Shown here: positions 63,488 to 64,000 of the stretch, piece after piece
How positions within the stretch are numbered: the stretch's first letter is position 1
Layout: each line of letters opens with the position of its first letter
Source of the DNA: Octopus sinensis
Lineage: Eukaryota
Reading direction: 5' to 3'
Assembly: GCF_006345805.1 (NCBI RefSeq)
Contig: NC_043000.1
Location: 79,608,001 to 79,672,000 of the forward strand
DNA length: 64,000 bases
The notes under the pieces: generated by a model
The model's input: the letters and a program-made list of their open reading frames with translations, nothing else
Told to the model about the DNA's origin: nothing
Databases searched by the model: none
Program-made: the position numbers and the translations under genes

Positions 63488-64000
63488 TCATCATCAATGT
63501 TGTCATCGTCGTTTTAATGTCCACTTCCCATGCTGACATGGGTTGGAATGTTTGACGGAGGACTGGCGAGCCAGAAGGCTGCACTAGGCTCCAATCTGAT
63601 CTGGCAAAGTTTCTACAGCTGGATGCTCTTCCTAATGCCAACCACTCCAAGAGTGTAGTGGGTGCTTTTATGTGCACGAGGGCCAGTCAGGCAGTTCTGA
63701 CAACGACCACGCTCAAAATGTGTTTTTTACATGCTACCTGCATGGGAGCCAGTCCGGCAGCACTGGCAATGACCACACTCGAATGTTGTTTTACACATCC
63801 CACAGGCACATATGCCAGTAAGGTGACACTGGCAATGATCATGTTCGAATGGTGATTTTTACATGCCACTGGCATGGGAGCCAATCAGGTGGTACTGTCA
63901 TCGGCCACATCAGTGACTTTGATTTTGATTTCACTTGCCACAACAGGTCTTCACAAGCAAAGTTTATTGTCCAATGAATGAGGGATACTCATATGTGGGC
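63488..64000 (-). mobile_element. RTE 3' UTR/tail with minisatellite units
   Basis: Family tail (CCAACCACTCCAAGAGTGTAGTGGGTGCTTTTTATGTG) plus ~4 units. Confidence 0.8.

Overview
AT-rich, microsatellite-dense animal genomic DNA. The SINE/RTE families and the (TA)n/(CA)n load suggest an octopod cephalopod, which is an inference. Two convergent host genes can be reconstructed exon by exon, with consistent GT-AG sites and reading phases. On +, the last 6 coding exons of BARD1 (ankyrin repeats plus tandem BRCT) span 882-41184. On -, the last 8 coding exons of ELP2 (WD40) span 63429-47637, and its terminal intron (47800-49101) has U12 minor-spliceosome signatures. A 31.2-kb BARD1 intron (6801-38023) is a transposon nest: CR1, two RTE families (one full-length, GC-rich and near-intact), a Helitron RepHel fragment, non-autonomous Helitrons, a mariner remnant, SINEs and several Penelope-like (GIY-YIG) insertions. 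The most striking signal is a set of fold-back (inverted-duplicated) Penelope-type inserts with arms of about 12 bp, 610 bp, 690 bp and 1.25 kb. They carry hammerhead-ribozyme motifs with palindromic stem III, including a canonical-core hammerhead with a long structured stem-II insertion and a compact CCGATGA-core variant. Several lie on the BARD1 pre-mRNA strand. All structures and alignments were made by eye; repeat boundaries are approximate unless termini or TSDs are quoted.
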